A DNA stretch of 64,000 bases from an uncultured Chloroflexia bacterium. Its GTDB lineage: Bacteria > Chloroflexota > Limnocylindria > Limnocylindrales > CSP1-4. The position numbers and the translations under genes were made by a program. Shown in pieces: positions 28,079-37,627 of the stretch. The notes under the pieces were generated by a model that had not been told where the DNA came from, ran no database searches, and was given only the letters and a program-made list of their open reading frames with translations. The stretch is from positions 288,001 through 352,000 of the forward strand of contig CAVRGP010000015.1 in NCBI GenBank assembly GCA_963720755.1. Reading direction: 5' to 3'. Positions within the stretch are counted from its first letter, which is position 1; each line of letters opens with the position of its first letter.

Positions 28079-30802
28079 ATGATGTCGGACCTGCCGAAGA
28101 CCTATACGCCGAGCGACGTCGAAGGCGCGATCTACGAGCGCTGGCTGGCGGCCGACGTCTTCGCGCCGGACGGAGCTGGCTCGACCGCCGATCCGGATCT
28201 TCCGACGTTCACGATCATCCAGCCACCACCCAATATCACCGGGTCGCTCCATCTCGGACATGCGCAGCGGACCGCGGTCGAGGACCTGATGATCCGGCAC
28301 GCCCGGATGCGCGGCCATCGTGCGCTTTTCCTGCCGGGGCTCGATCACGCCTCGATCGCGGCCCAGTTCGTGCTCGACGGGATCCTTGCCGCCGAGGGGG
28401 AGAGCCGTCAGACCCTCGGTCGTGAGCGCTACCTCGAGCGGATGCAGGCATTCGTGTCGACGACCCGCGAACTCATGCTCGGGCAGCAGCGGCGCGTCGG
28501 CGCTTCGGCGGACTGGGGACGGCTTCGGTTCACGATGGACGACCGATCGGCCACGGCCGTGCGGACCGCCTTCGCCCGCCTCTACGAAGCCGGCCTCGCC
28601 TACCGATCCGAGGCGCTGGTCAACTGGTGCCCGGGCTGCCGCACGAGCGTCAGCGACCTCGAGGTCATCTCGACCCCGGAGTCCGGCACGCTCTGGTCGG
28701 TCCGCTATCACCTCATCGACCCCGCGACCGGAGAGCCCGACGGCGCGGCGAGTATCACCGTTGCGACGACCCGACCGGAGACGATCCTGGGCGATACGGC
28801 CGTCGCGGTCCACCCGGACGATCCTCGCTACGCCGCCCTGGTCGGACGGTCGGTCCGGATCCCGTTCGTCGACCGTGACGTCCCGATCATCGCCGACGAG
28901 GTCGTCGACCGTGCGTTCGGCACCGGGGCTGTCAAGATCACACCGGCCCACGACCATGACGACCACGAAACGGGTCTCCGTCATGGGCTCGCCGCGCCCT
29001 CCATCCTCGCCGATGACGGCTCGATCGAAGGGACGGGGACACCGTACGACGGGCTCGACCGGTTCGAGGCGCGGAAAGCCATCGTCTCCGACCTCGAGAC
29101 GGCTGGCGACCTGGTCGGGACCACGCCACACGAGCTCGTCCTCGGCCGCTGCCAGCGCAGCAACGATGTGGTCGAACCGCGGCTGAAGACGCAGTGGTTC
29201 ATCCGGACCGGCCCTCTGGCCGAGCGAGCGCTCGAGGCGACCCGGTCCGGCCGGACCCGGATCCTGCCCGATCGGTTCGAAAAGACCTGGGAGCACTGGC
29301 TGACCGGCATCCGCGACTGGAACGTATCGCGCCAGCTGTGGTGGGGTCACCGCATCCCGGCCTGGTACTGCCCGGATGGCCACGTCACGGTCTCATCCGT
29401 GGCGAGCGGTCCCGACGCGTGCGCCGTCTGCGGCCGGCCAGCCGACGTGCTGCAGCAGGATCCGGACATCTTCGACACCTGGTTCAGCTCCGGACTGTGG
29501 CCATTCTCGACGCTGGGTTGGCCGGAGGACACTGCCGACCTCGCGATGTACTACCCGACGTCGGTCATGGAGACCGGCTACGACATCATCTTCTTCTGGG
29601 TCGCCCGGATGATGATGCTCGGACTGGCCCTGACCGATCAGGAACCGTTCCACACCGTCTACCTGTCCGGACTGATCCGCGACCCGCTGGGTCAGAAGAT
29701 GTCCAAGACGAAGGGCAATGTCGTCGATCCTCTCGGCGTCATCGACGAAGCTGGCGCCGACGCGCTCCGGTTCGCGGTCATCCACGGTGCGACCCCGGGC
29801 AACGACCAGCGGTTCGGTCCGGCCAAGCTGGCCCACGCGCGCAACTTCGCGAACAAGCTCTGGAATGCCTCCAGGTACGTTCTGGGCGCCCGTCCCGTCA
29901 CGGTCCCGCCCGATGCGGTGCGCCGCGATCCCGGGGCCGAGCACCTCGGTCCGGCTGAGAGATGGCTCCTGTCCCGTGCCGCCGCCACGACTGCGGCCGT
30001 CGATGATGCGATGCGCGGGTACGCCTTCGGCGAGGTCACGCGGCTCATGTACGAGGCGATCTGGAGCGAGTACTGCGACTGGGGCCTTGAGCTGGCGAAG
30101 GTCCGACTCGGTGATGAGCGCCTGGATCCGGCGGCGCGCGAGGCCACCTGGTGGACGCTGGTTTCCGTCCTCGACACGTACCTCAGACTTCTGCACCCGG
30201 TCATGCCGTTCGTGACCGAGGCGATCTGGGCCGCGTTGCCACACCGGGTCACGGACCCGGACCTGCTCATCGTCGCCCGCTGGCCCGGAGTGGGGGAGCG
30301 CGATCTCGAGGCCGAAGCTTCGGTCGGCGCAGTGATCGACCTCGTGTCCGAGATCCGCAATGCGCGGTCCACCGCCAAGCTTCCGGCAGCCGACTGGCTC
30401 CTGACGCTTGTCGTCGTCCCGATCGACCTCGGACCGACCTTCGAGATGCTGCGTCCCGCCGTCGAGCGCCTGGCCCGGGCGCGACCGCTGCTCCGTGAGC
30501 TCACCCCTGAGTCGCTTGCCGGGGTCACGATGCCTGGCGACCTGGTCGTCCTTGTCCGTGGCGGCCAGCTCGAGGCGGCCGTTCGCCCGGGCACGCTCGA
30601 TGCGGGCGCCGATACGCTCGAGCGCGATCGACTGCGACGCGAGCTCGAGGAAGCCGAGGGCTGGCTGGCCGCGGCGCGTGCCCGACTCGCCGATGAGGCC
30701 TTCGTGACCCGCGCCCCCGCGTCCGTCGTCGAGGGCGCCCGCGCCCGTGAGGCGGAGCTGGCCGAACAGGTCGAACGGCTGCGCCAGCGCACGGAGGGCT
30801 GA
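28079..30802 (+). CDS. valS: Valine--tRNA ligase
   Basis: PPPNITGSLHLGH, TTRPET, GTGAVKITPAHD, SRQLWWGHRIP, KMSKT, C-terminal coiled coil. Confidence 0.97.
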   Translation: MMSDLPKTYTPSDVEGAIYERWLAADVFAPDGAGSTADPDLPTFTIIQPPPNITGSLHLGHAQRTAVEDLMIRHARMRGHRALFLPGLDHASIAAQFVLDGILAAEGESRQTLGRERYLERMQAFVSTTRELMLGQQRRVGASADWGRLRFTMDDRSATAVRTAFARLYEAGLAYRSEALVNWCPGCRTSVSDLEVISTPESGTLWSVRYHLIDPATGEPDGAASITVATTRPETILGDTAVAVHPDDPRYAALVGRSVRIPFVDRDVPIIADEVVDRAFGTGAVKITPAHDHDDHETGLRHGLAAPSILADDGSIEGTGTPYDGLDRFEARKAIVSDLETAGDLVGTTPHELVLGRCQRSNDVVEPRLKTQWFIRTGPLAERALEATRSGRTRILPDRFEKTWEHWLTGIRDWNVSRQLWWGHRIPAWYCPDGHVTVSSVASGPDACAVCGRPADVLQQDPDIFDTWFSSGLWPFSTLGWPEDTADLAMYYPTSVMETGYDIIFFWVARMMMLGLALTDQEPFHTVYLSGLIRDPLGQKMSKTKGNVVDPLGVIDEAGADALRFAVIHGATPGNDQRFGPAKLAHARNFANKLWNASRYVLGARPVTVPPDAVRRDPGAEHLGPAERWLLSRAAATTAAVDDAMRGYAFGEVTRLMYEAIWSEYCDWGLELAKVRLGDERLDPAAREATWWTLVSVLDTYLRLLHPVMPFVTEAIWAALPHRVTDPDLLIVARWPGVGERDLEAEASVGAVIDLVSEIRNARSTAKLPAADWLLTLVVVPIDLGPTFEMLRPAVERLARARPLLRELTPESLAGVTMPGDLVVLVRGGQLEAAVRPGTLDAGADTLERDRLRRELEEAEGWLAAARARLADEAFVTRAPASVVEGARAREAELAEQVERLRQRTEG

Positions 30803-30811
30803 CCGGGCCGG

Positions 30812-30885
30812 ATTGCTTTGTCAACCGACTTGACAAAGCAATACCTCGAACGCAACATGGGACTTTGTCCAGTCCCTTGCCAAAG
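30812..30885. promoter_or_regulatory. Two ROK-type operator palindromes flanking a promoter
   Basis: Perfect ATTGCTTTGTCAA-N5-TTGACAAAGCAAT containing a TTGACA -35. Second copy CTTTGTC-N9-GCCAAAG at 30863-30885. Confidence 0.75.
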
Positions 30886-30929
30886 CCGCCTGCGGCAAGG
30901 TGACATCGGCTGGAGGAGGACCCGCCCGG

Positions 30930-32105
30930 ATGAGCACCAGCGCGATGGTCCTGCCGGAGAAGGCAACGCACCAGCGGACGCGGACGTTCAACCAGCAGTT
31001 GGTCTTGCGCGCACTCCACGATCAAAGTCCGCTCTCGCGGGCCGACCTGGCCCGGCTCACGGGGTTGACCCGTACTTCGGTCGGCGGCCTCGTCGGCACG
31101 CTGATCGACGACGGCCTGATCGAAGTGGTCGGTCGTGGCCGGTCGACCGGAGGCAAGTCACCCATTCTGTTGCGGGTCGCTCCAGACGGCCGCCACCTGA
31201 TCGGACTCGACCTCGGGGAGGCGGAGTTCAGCGGCGCCGTGGTCAACCTCCGTGGCGAGATCCTACGCTCGATCCACTTCCCCCTGGATGGACGGGACGG
31301 CGATGCCGCCGTCGAACTCGTCTTCCGACTTGTCGATGCCCTGCGCGCCGATGACCGGCCCCGCCTCCTCGGGATCGGCGTCGGCGCGCCCGGCATCATC
31401 GACACGAATACGGGGACGGTGCGCTGGTCGGTCCTGAATTGGGCCGAGCTCCGTCTCGGGCCACAGCTCGAGGCGCACTACGGCGTGCCGGTCGTCGTCG
31501 CCAACGACAGCCACGCTGCCGCACTGGCCGAGCTGACCTTCTTTCGCCGCCCTCGGCCGAACAACCTGATCGTGATCCGGGTCGGTCGCGGCGTCGGCGC
31601 CGGGATCATCCTCAACGGCCAGCTATTCCAGGGCGATGGGTACGGCGCGGGGGAGTTGGGTCATGTATCGACGGGCCGCGGGAACGCTCCGTGCCGCTGC
31701 GGGCGGGAAGGTTGTCTCGAAACGATCACCAGCATGCGTGCGTTGGTCGACGCCGCAGGCGTCATCGAGCCATCGATCACCGACGAGACCAGCCTCGTGG
31801 CCGCGTTCCGGACCGGGATCAGTGGCATCCGGCGGATCGTCCTCGACGCTGCGCGCGACCTCGGCATCGCGATCGGCTGGCTGATCGGAGTGCTCAACGT
31901 TCGGCACGTGCTGTTGGTCGGTCCGGTCGCGGCGTTCGGCGACGACTGGCTCGACGAGGTCCGGGAGCACGCCCGTTCGGGCGTCCTCGCCCTGCTCGCT
32001 CGAGACACCCAGATCGAGTTCGGCCATGTCCACGACGACGTGGTCGTGCTGGGTGCAGCGGCGCTGCTCATGGAGCAGCAGCTGGGCCTGGGGTTGGTGC
32101 GATGA
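30930..32105 (+). CDS. ROK-family transcriptional regulator (NagC/XylR-like)
   Basis: N-terminal HTH LSRADLAR.TGLT, GLDLG, ANDS, GAGELGH, CRCGREGCLE. Confidence 0.92.
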   Translation: MSTSAMVLPEKATHQRTRTFNQQLVLRALHDQSPLSRADLARLTGLTRTSVGGLVGTLIDDGLIEVVGRGRSTGGKSPILLRVAPDGRHLIGLDLGEAEFSGAVVNLRGEILRSIHFPLDGRDGDAAVELVFRLVDALRADDRPRLLGIGVGAPGIIDTNTGTVRWSVLNWAELRLGPQLEAHYGVPVVVANDSHAAALAELTFFRRPRPNNLIVIRVGRGVGAGIILNGQLFQGDGYGAGELGHVSTGRGNAPCRCGREGCLETITSMRALVDAAGVIEPSITDETSLVAAFRTGISGIRRIVLDAARDLGIAIGWLIGVLNVRHVLLVGPVAAFGDDWLDEVREHARSGVLALLARDTQIEFGHVHDDVVVLGAAALLMEQQLGLGLVR

Positions 32106-32308
32106 TCGCGACCCGGGAGCGCTGGCTCGACGGCCCGCTGGTCGAAGGAATCGACGTCGGTGGCACCGAGACACTGGTCGTCGTCACGGACGAATTGGCC
32201 CGTTTCCAGGACGAGCATGTCGCACCGACGGACCGGACATCGCTCGTCGGTCAGATCGCTCGCCACGACATCGGCGCGCCTGAGCGAGAGGGGGTGGGCG
32301 AGCGATAA
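32102..32308 (+). pseudogene. Truncated ROK-family sugar kinase remnant (68 aa)
   Basis: ATG overlaps the regulator stop (ATGA). Reads ...GIDVGGTETLVVVTD..., a kinase phosphate-1 motif, then stops early. Confidence 0.65.
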
Positions 32309-32399
32309 CGTACGGATGCGTTCGCCGGAGAGTCGGCTATCATGCCTGAACCAGGGAAAAACACGCACCGGTGTGGGGCGTGTGGAGGAGGAGAGATTC

Positions 32400-33893
32400 A
32401 TGGCCAAGAGATTATGGACAACGTCCGTTCTAGCGGTCGTTGTCGCGATGCTTGTCGTCGCATGCGGCTCGAGCACCACGACGCCCGCGCCGAGCGCGGC
32501 CGCGCCGAGCGCGTCCGCCATGGCGAGCGAACCGGCGCCGAGTGAGTCCGCCATGGCGAGCGCTGAGCCGACGGCCCCGCCGCCGGCAGCCGTGCCGACG
32601 GTCCCGACCGGGTACACGGAGCTTGATGCAGCCCTTGGTGCTGACCAGCCGTACAAGGGCAAGAAGGTCACCGTGCAGGTCCAGTGGACCGGCGGCGAGC
32701 TGACGAACTTCCAGGCCGCGATCGCCGACTTTGCTGCGGCGACGGGCATCACCATCCAGGTCGACAGCGTCCCCTCGAGCAACGAGACGGTGCTGAAGAG
32801 CCGGATCGAAGGCGGCTCCCCGCCGGACATCGCGCAGCTCGCCCAGCCGACGCCGGTCCTGTCGTACGCAGCCCAGGGCAAGGTGCTCGACCTGGCGACC
32901 TTCATGGACACCAGCAAACTGAAGGCTGAATACCCGGCCACCATCGGCCTGATCTCGACGGCCACCTCCATCTGGGGGATCCCGTACAAGGCCGATAGCA
33001 AGTCGAACGTCTGGTACCCGGTCAAGGCGTTCGCCGCCAAGGGCTACGAAGTTCCGAAGACCTGGGACGATCTGATCGCCCTGTCCGACAAGATCGTGGC
33101 CGACGGCAGCAACCCGTGGTGCATCAGCGCCGGCGGACCCGGCGACGCGACGGGCTGGCAGATCACCGACTGGATCGAGGAAGTCGTCCTCAAGACGAAG
33201 GGCCTCGACTACTACAACAACTGGATCAGCCATTCCGTCAAGTTCCAGGATCCGGGGATCAAGGCCGCGTTCGACGACTATGTCGGCAAGATCTTCTTCA
33301 CCCCGAACTATGTCTATGGCGGCCCGACGGCGATCATCAACACCGACCAGAAGACCACCATGGATCCGATGTTCAACAACAACCTGCAGGACCCGCAGTG
33401 CTGGATGCAGAAGATCGCGACCTGGTACGGGCCGGACTTCTTCCCGGATCAGCGCGACAGCGGGCAGCCATCCCAGTACACCATCGGCGCTGATGGCGAC
33501 ATCGGGTTGTTCGCCTTCCCGACGATCGATCCGAACCAGAACAACGTCGAGGGTTCGGCAGACACCATGATGGCGCTCGTCGACCGACCCGAGGTCCGGG
33601 CAGTCATCGAGTTCTTCGCCACGCCGCAGGGCCTCCAGAACTGGATCCTCGCCGGCAGCGCGATCTCGCCCAACAACACCACCCCCGCCGAATGGTATGC
33701 CGGCTCCTACAAACTGCAGGTCGCCGCGGACATCATCAACAATGCAAGCGGCGTCGGCTTCGACGCGTCGGACCTCATGCCCGGCGCCGTCGGTTCCGGA
33801 ACGTTCTGGACCCAGACAGTCGACTGGGTGAACAACAACGGCTCCAACACGGATGCCGTCCTGAAGGCCATCGACGATAGTTGGCCGAAATAG
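32400..33893 (+). CDS. Sugar ABC transporter substrate-binding lipoprotein (AglE-like)
   Basis: GGAGGAG SD, lipobox LVVAC, Ala/Ser/Pro linker, PKTWDDL, ATGW..TDWIE, FDASDLMPGAVG. Confidence 0.9.
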   Translation: MAKRLWTTSVLAVVVAMLVVACGSSTTTPAPSAAAPSASAMASEPAPSESAMASAEPTAPPPAAVPTVPTGYTELDAALGADQPYKGKKVTVQVQWTGGELTNFQAAIADFAAATGITIQVDSVPSSNETVLKSRIEGGSPPDIAQLAQPTPVLSYAAQGKVLDLATFMDTSKLKAEYPATIGLISTATSIWGIPYKADSKSNVWYPVKAFAAKGYEVPKTWDDLIALSDKIVADGSNPWCISAGGPGDATGWQITDWIEEVVLKTKGLDYYNNWISHSVKFQDPGIKAAFDDYVGKIFFTPNYVYGGPTAIINTDQKTTMDPMFNNNLQDPQCWMQKIATWYGPDFFPDQRDSGQPSQYTIGADGDIGLFAFPTIDPNQNNVEGSADTMMALVDRPEVRAVIEFFATPQGLQNWILAGSAISPNNTTPAEWYAGSYKLQVAADIINNASGVGFDASDLMPGAVGSGTFWTQTVDWVNNNGSNTDAVLKAIDDSWPK

Positions 33894-33925
33894 GTTCGTA
33901 AGTCAGCAGTGACCTCTTAGCGATC

Positions 33926-33965
33926 AACGGGGCGCGCTACCCATCCTGGGTGGCGCGCCCCGTTT
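33926..33965 (+). terminator. 18-bp intercistronic stem-loop after the binding-protein gene (partial terminator or mRNA stabiliser)
   Basis: AACGGGGCGCGCTACCCA-TCC-TGGGTGGCGCGCCCCGTT followed by a short T run. Confidence 0.75.
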
Positions 33966-33990
33966 ACTATGTTCAGGGAAGGGAGGACCG

Positions 33991-35157
33991 ATGACTGCCG
34001 TTGTGGGCACCGAGAAACCCGGGCTGTCGCGATTTGTCGTGCCGATCGCCGGCCTCGTCGCCGTCGCCCTGTGCATCGTCGGCATCCGAATCCTCCTCGA
34101 TCCGCAGGGTGCCCAGAACCTGCTCGCGTTGATCTACGACGCGCTGGGTAACGCCTCGGGCGCTGACGAGCTGCGCAATGGGCTAGGTGACCAGGGACTC
34201 TCCAAGATCCTTCTGGCGATCATCGCGATCGCCGTCGGCGTGGGTGGTATCTGGCTGCTGTTCATGGGCTTGGGGTCGTTGGTCGGCAAGCTGCAGCCGA
34301 AGTGGCGCGATCGGATCCTGCCATGGGTGTTCGTCGGCCCGGCGCTGATCCTGCTGACTGTGTACCTGCTGTACCCGGGCATTGGAACGGTCTGGCGCAG
34401 CCTGTTCGACGCCGAGGGTGCGTTCACGCTCGACAACTATGTCGCGATGACCAAGCCCGACTTCATCGAGATCCTGCGCAACAACGTCATCTGGCTGATC
34501 CTGGCGACAGGCGGAAGCGTGGGCCTCGGTCTCATCATCGCCGGTCTCTTCGACCGCGTCCGTCGCGAGTCACTGGCCAAGACGTTGGTCTTCCTGCCCC
34601 TCGCGATCTCGCTCATCGGCGCATCCGTCATCTGGGGGTTCATGTACGCCTGGGAGCCGGCCCAGCAACCCCAGATCGGGCTTCTGAACGCGATCATCGT
34701 GGGCCTTGGCGGGCAGGCCATACCCTTCTTCACGACGAGCCCGCTCAACATCCCGGCAGAGATCGTGATCATGGTCTGGCTGCAGACGGGCTTCGCGATG
34801 GTCGTGCTCTCAGCGGCGATCAAGGGCGTCTCCACGGAGGTCATCGAGGCCGCTCGGCTCGATGGAGCCAATGAGCGCCAGCTCTTCTTCGGGGTGATCG
34901 TGCCGCTGATCCGCGGCTCCATCATCACGGTCGCCACGACGATCGCCATCGTCACGCTCAAGATCTTCGACATCGTCTACGTCACGACGGGTGGCCGGTT
35001 CCACGACGACGTCGTCGCCAATCGGATGTTCCACGAGATGTTCCAGTTCTTCAACGACGGGAGGGCCGCGGCCATGGCAACCCTGCTCTTCATCGCCGTG
35101 CTTCCCGTGATGTACGTGAACCTGCACAACTTCCGACGACAGCAGGTGGAACGATGA
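33991..35157 (+). CDS. Sugar ABC transporter permease
   Basis: FLPLAIS, WLQTGFAM, EAARLDGA, LKIFDIV. Confidence 0.9.
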   Translation: MTAVVGTEKPGLSRFVVPIAGLVAVALCIVGIRILLDPQGAQNLLALIYDALGNASGADELRNGLGDQGLSKILLAIIAIAVGVGGIWLLFMGLGSLVGKLQPKWRDRILPWVFVGPALILLTVYLLYPGIGTVWRSLFDAEGAFTLDNYVAMTKPDFIEILRNNVIWLILATGGSVGLGLIIAGLFDRVRRESLAKTLVFLPLAISLIGASVIWGFMYAWEPAQQPQIGLLNAIIVGLGGQAIPFFTTSPLNIPAEIVIMVWLQTGFAMVVLSAAIKGVSTEVIEAARLDGANERQLFFGVIVPLIRGSIITVATTIAIVTLKIFDIVYVTTGGRFHDDVVANRMFHEMFQFFNDGRAAAMATLLFIAVLPVMYVNLHNFRRQQVER

Positions 35158-36056
35158 CCGCGCCGGCACAGCCCACCGCGCGGCCAGTGGCGCGCGTCGC
35201 CGCCTGGCGACCACCGCTCCTGCGCAGCCTGCCGGTGCGACTGGCCGTGTTCGCGATCTGCTTCCTGTGGACGGTGCCCACGCTGGGCCTGCTGGTGACC
35301 TCATTCCGCAATCCGGAGTTGGTCAGCACGACGGGCTGGTGGACGGCGCTGACCGACCCGTTCGCTCCAAACCAGTGGACCCTGGGGAACTACCAGCAGG
35401 TCATCAATAGCGGCGGCATGGGCGATGCGTTCCTGAACAGCTTGATCGTGACCATCCCGGCGACCGTCATCCCGATCACGATCGCGGCGTTCGCCGCGTA
35501 CGCGTTCGCCTGGATCCCGTTCCGCGGCCGCGGCATCCTGTTCACCGTCGTGGTGGGACTTCTGGTGGTGCCCATCCAGATGTCGCTGATCCCGATCCTC
35601 AAGATCTACAGCGCCGGATCCCTGTACGGCACGTTCATCGGCATCTGGCTTGCCCACACGGGCTTCGGCCTGCCGCTGGCGATCTTCCTGCTCTACAACT
35701 TCATCTCGCAGTTGCCGCGCGATCTGTTCGAGTCGGCCGCCCTCGACGGGGCATCGCACCTGCAGATCTTCAGGCGGCTTGTGTTGCCGCTGTCCATCCC
35801 GGCACTGGGCGCCTTCGCGATCTTCCAGTTCCTGTGGGTCTGGAACGACCTGCTCGTGGCGTTGGTCTTCCTGGGTCCGGCCACGGACCTGCGGGTCATG
35901 CCGACTGCGCTGTTTGCGCTGTTAGGGAGCCGCGGAGGCCAGTGGCAACTCCTGACTGCTGGTGCGTTCATCACCATGGCCATGCCGCTGATCGTCTTCC
36001 TGGTTCTCCAGCGCGCATTCGTGAGAGGGATCCTGGCGGGCTCCGTCAAGTCGTGA
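35154..36056 (+). CDS. Sugar ABC transporter permease
   Basis: ESAALDGAS, FQFLWVWNDLL, FVRGILAGSVK. Confidence 0.9.
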   Translation: MTAPAQPTARPVARVAAWRPPLLRSLPVRLAVFAICFLWTVPTLGLLVTSFRNPELVSTTGWWTALTDPFAPNQWTLGNYQQVINSGGMGDAFLNSLIVTIPATVIPITIAAFAAYAFAWIPFRGRGILFTVVVGLLVVPIQMSLIPILKIYSAGSLYGTFIGIWLAHTGFGLPLAIFLLYNFISQLPRDLFESAALDGASHLQIFRRLVLPLSIPALGAFAIFQFLWVWNDLLVALVFLGPATDLRVMPTALFALLGSRGGQWQLLTAGAFITMAMPLIVFLVLQRAFVRGILAGSVKS

Positions 36057-37627
36057 CGCTGGCGCGGCTCATGATCGCGTTCGCCGGCACGGAGCTGTCG
36101 CGGTCGGCAGCCAGGCGGATCGCCGAACACGACGCAGCCGGTGTGACGCTCTTCCGCGCCCAGAACGTCGTCGATCCGCCCCAGATCCGGGGCCTGACCG
36201 CGGCCATCCAGGGCGCGCGGCCAGCGGGAGCGCCACCGTTGCTCGTAGCTGTTGACCAGGAGGGCGGCCAGCTGGTCGGCCTGGGCGAGGGGACGACGCG
36301 GTTCGCGGGTGCGATGGCGCTTGGGGCGGCCGGCGACGAAGCGCTTGCCGAGCGCGTCGCCGGCGCGACGGCGCGCGAGCTGCGTGCCCTCGGCGTCAAT
36401 GTGAACTACGCGCCGGTCTGCGACCTGGCCAACAATCCGTCGAATCCGGCGCTCGGCATCCGCAGCTTCGGCGACGACCCCGAGACCGTCGGGCGACTGG
36501 CGTCGGCGACCGTCCGCGGCCTGCAAGGCGAAGGCGTGGCCGCCACGGCCAAACACTTCCCGGGTAGCGGCGATACTGCAGCGGATCCGCACCACGAGTT
36601 GCCGCTGGTGCGCCGGACGAACTCAGAGTTGGCTGAGCGGGAGCTGGTCCCGTTTCGGGTCGCGGTGGAGGCCGGCGTGCGGATGGTCATGACCGGCCAT
36701 GTCGCCTTGCCCGGTCAGCCCGACGACCTTCCAGCCAGCCTGTCCGGCGCGGTCCTGCGCGACCTGTTGCGGGGGCATCTGCAATTCGACGGCGTCACGG
36801 TGACCGATTCGCTGGACATGCACGCCCTGGCCCAGGGCTCGGCGCAGATCGTCGATGCCGTCGCCGCCCTCCGTGCCGGCGAAGATGTCCTGCTCGGACC
36901 GCCAGACGAGCCAGTGATGGAACGGCTCGAGCAGGGCCTCGCGCAGGCGCAGATGCGAGGCCTGATCGACGCGAACGACGACGCTGCGGCGAAGCGCCGG
37001 TTGTTCGAGCTGCGCCGCTGGCTGGGAAGCTACGAGCAGCCGTCGCTCGACGTCGTCGGGTGCAGCGAACATCAGGCACTCGCCGCAGAGCTGGCCCAAC
37101 GTTCGATCACCCTCGTTCGCAACAATGACCGGCTGCTGCCGTTGCGGCCGGCTGCAGACGCTCGCATCGCGGTCGTCCAGTCGATGCCCGCCGACCTGAC
37201 CCCTGCCGACACGTCGTCGAAGGTGCCGCCGATGTTGGCGTCGGCGCTCCGTCGCCGACTCGCGGGCGTGGAAGAGATCCTCCTCCCGGCGATGCCGGGC
37301 GAGCCTGAGATCGCGGGTCTCAGTGAGCGCCTGCAAGGCTACGACCTCGTCGTCGTCGGGACGTTGTCCGCTCACCTCCAGCCGGCGCAGGCCGCGCTTG
37401 CCGCGGCGGTCCTGGCCTCCGGTGCGCCGACCGTCACCATCGCCCTGCGCACCCCGTGGGACTTGACCGTCTACCCGTCCGCACGAACCCATGTCTGCAG
37501 CTACGGGATCCTGGCGCCGTCGATGGAGGCGCTGGCGGCCGCGCTGCTGGGCGAGACGCCGTTCGTCGGCCGGTTGCCGGTCGACATGGCTGGGCTGTAT
37601 CCACGCGGTCACGGGCTCGCGGCATGA
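36053..37627 (+). CDS. nagZ: GH3 beta-N-acetylhexosaminidase (two-domain)
   Basis: VDQEGG, APVCD, IRSFG, KHFPGSGDTAADPH, MTGH, TDSLDM. Confidence 0.85.
   Translation: MTLARLMIAFAGTELSRSAARRIAEHDAAGVTLFRAQNVVDPPQIRGLTAAIQGARPAGAPPLLVAVDQEGGQLVGLGEGTTRFAGAMALGAAGDEALAERVAGATARELRALGVNVNYAPVCDLANNPSNPALGIRSFGDDPETVGRLASATVRGLQGEGVAATAKHFPGSGDTAADPHHELPLVRRTNSELAERELVPFRVAVEAGVRMVMTGHVALPGQPDDLPASLSGAVLRDLLRGHLQFDGVTVTDSLDMHALAQGSAQIVDAVAALRAGEDVLLGPPDEPVMERLEQGLAQAQMRGLIDANDDAAAKRRLFELRRWLGSYEQPSLDVVGCSEHQALAAELAQRSITLVRNNDRLLPLRPAADARIAVVQSMPADLTPADTSSKVPPMLASALRRRLAGVEEILLPAMPGEPEIAGLSERLQGYDLVVVGTLSAHLQPAQAALAAAVLASGAPTVTIALRTPWDLTVYPSARTHVCSYGILAPSMEALAAALLGETPFVGRLPVDMAGLYPRGHGLAA

Noticed and set aside
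32480-32580. Duplicated GTCCGCCATGGCGAGCG segment
   Set aside because: It encodes the ordinary flexible linker of a lipoprotein.
33926-33965. Strong hairpin as a novel ncRNA or REP element
   Set aside because: Single copy, at the standard position after an ABC binding-protein gene.
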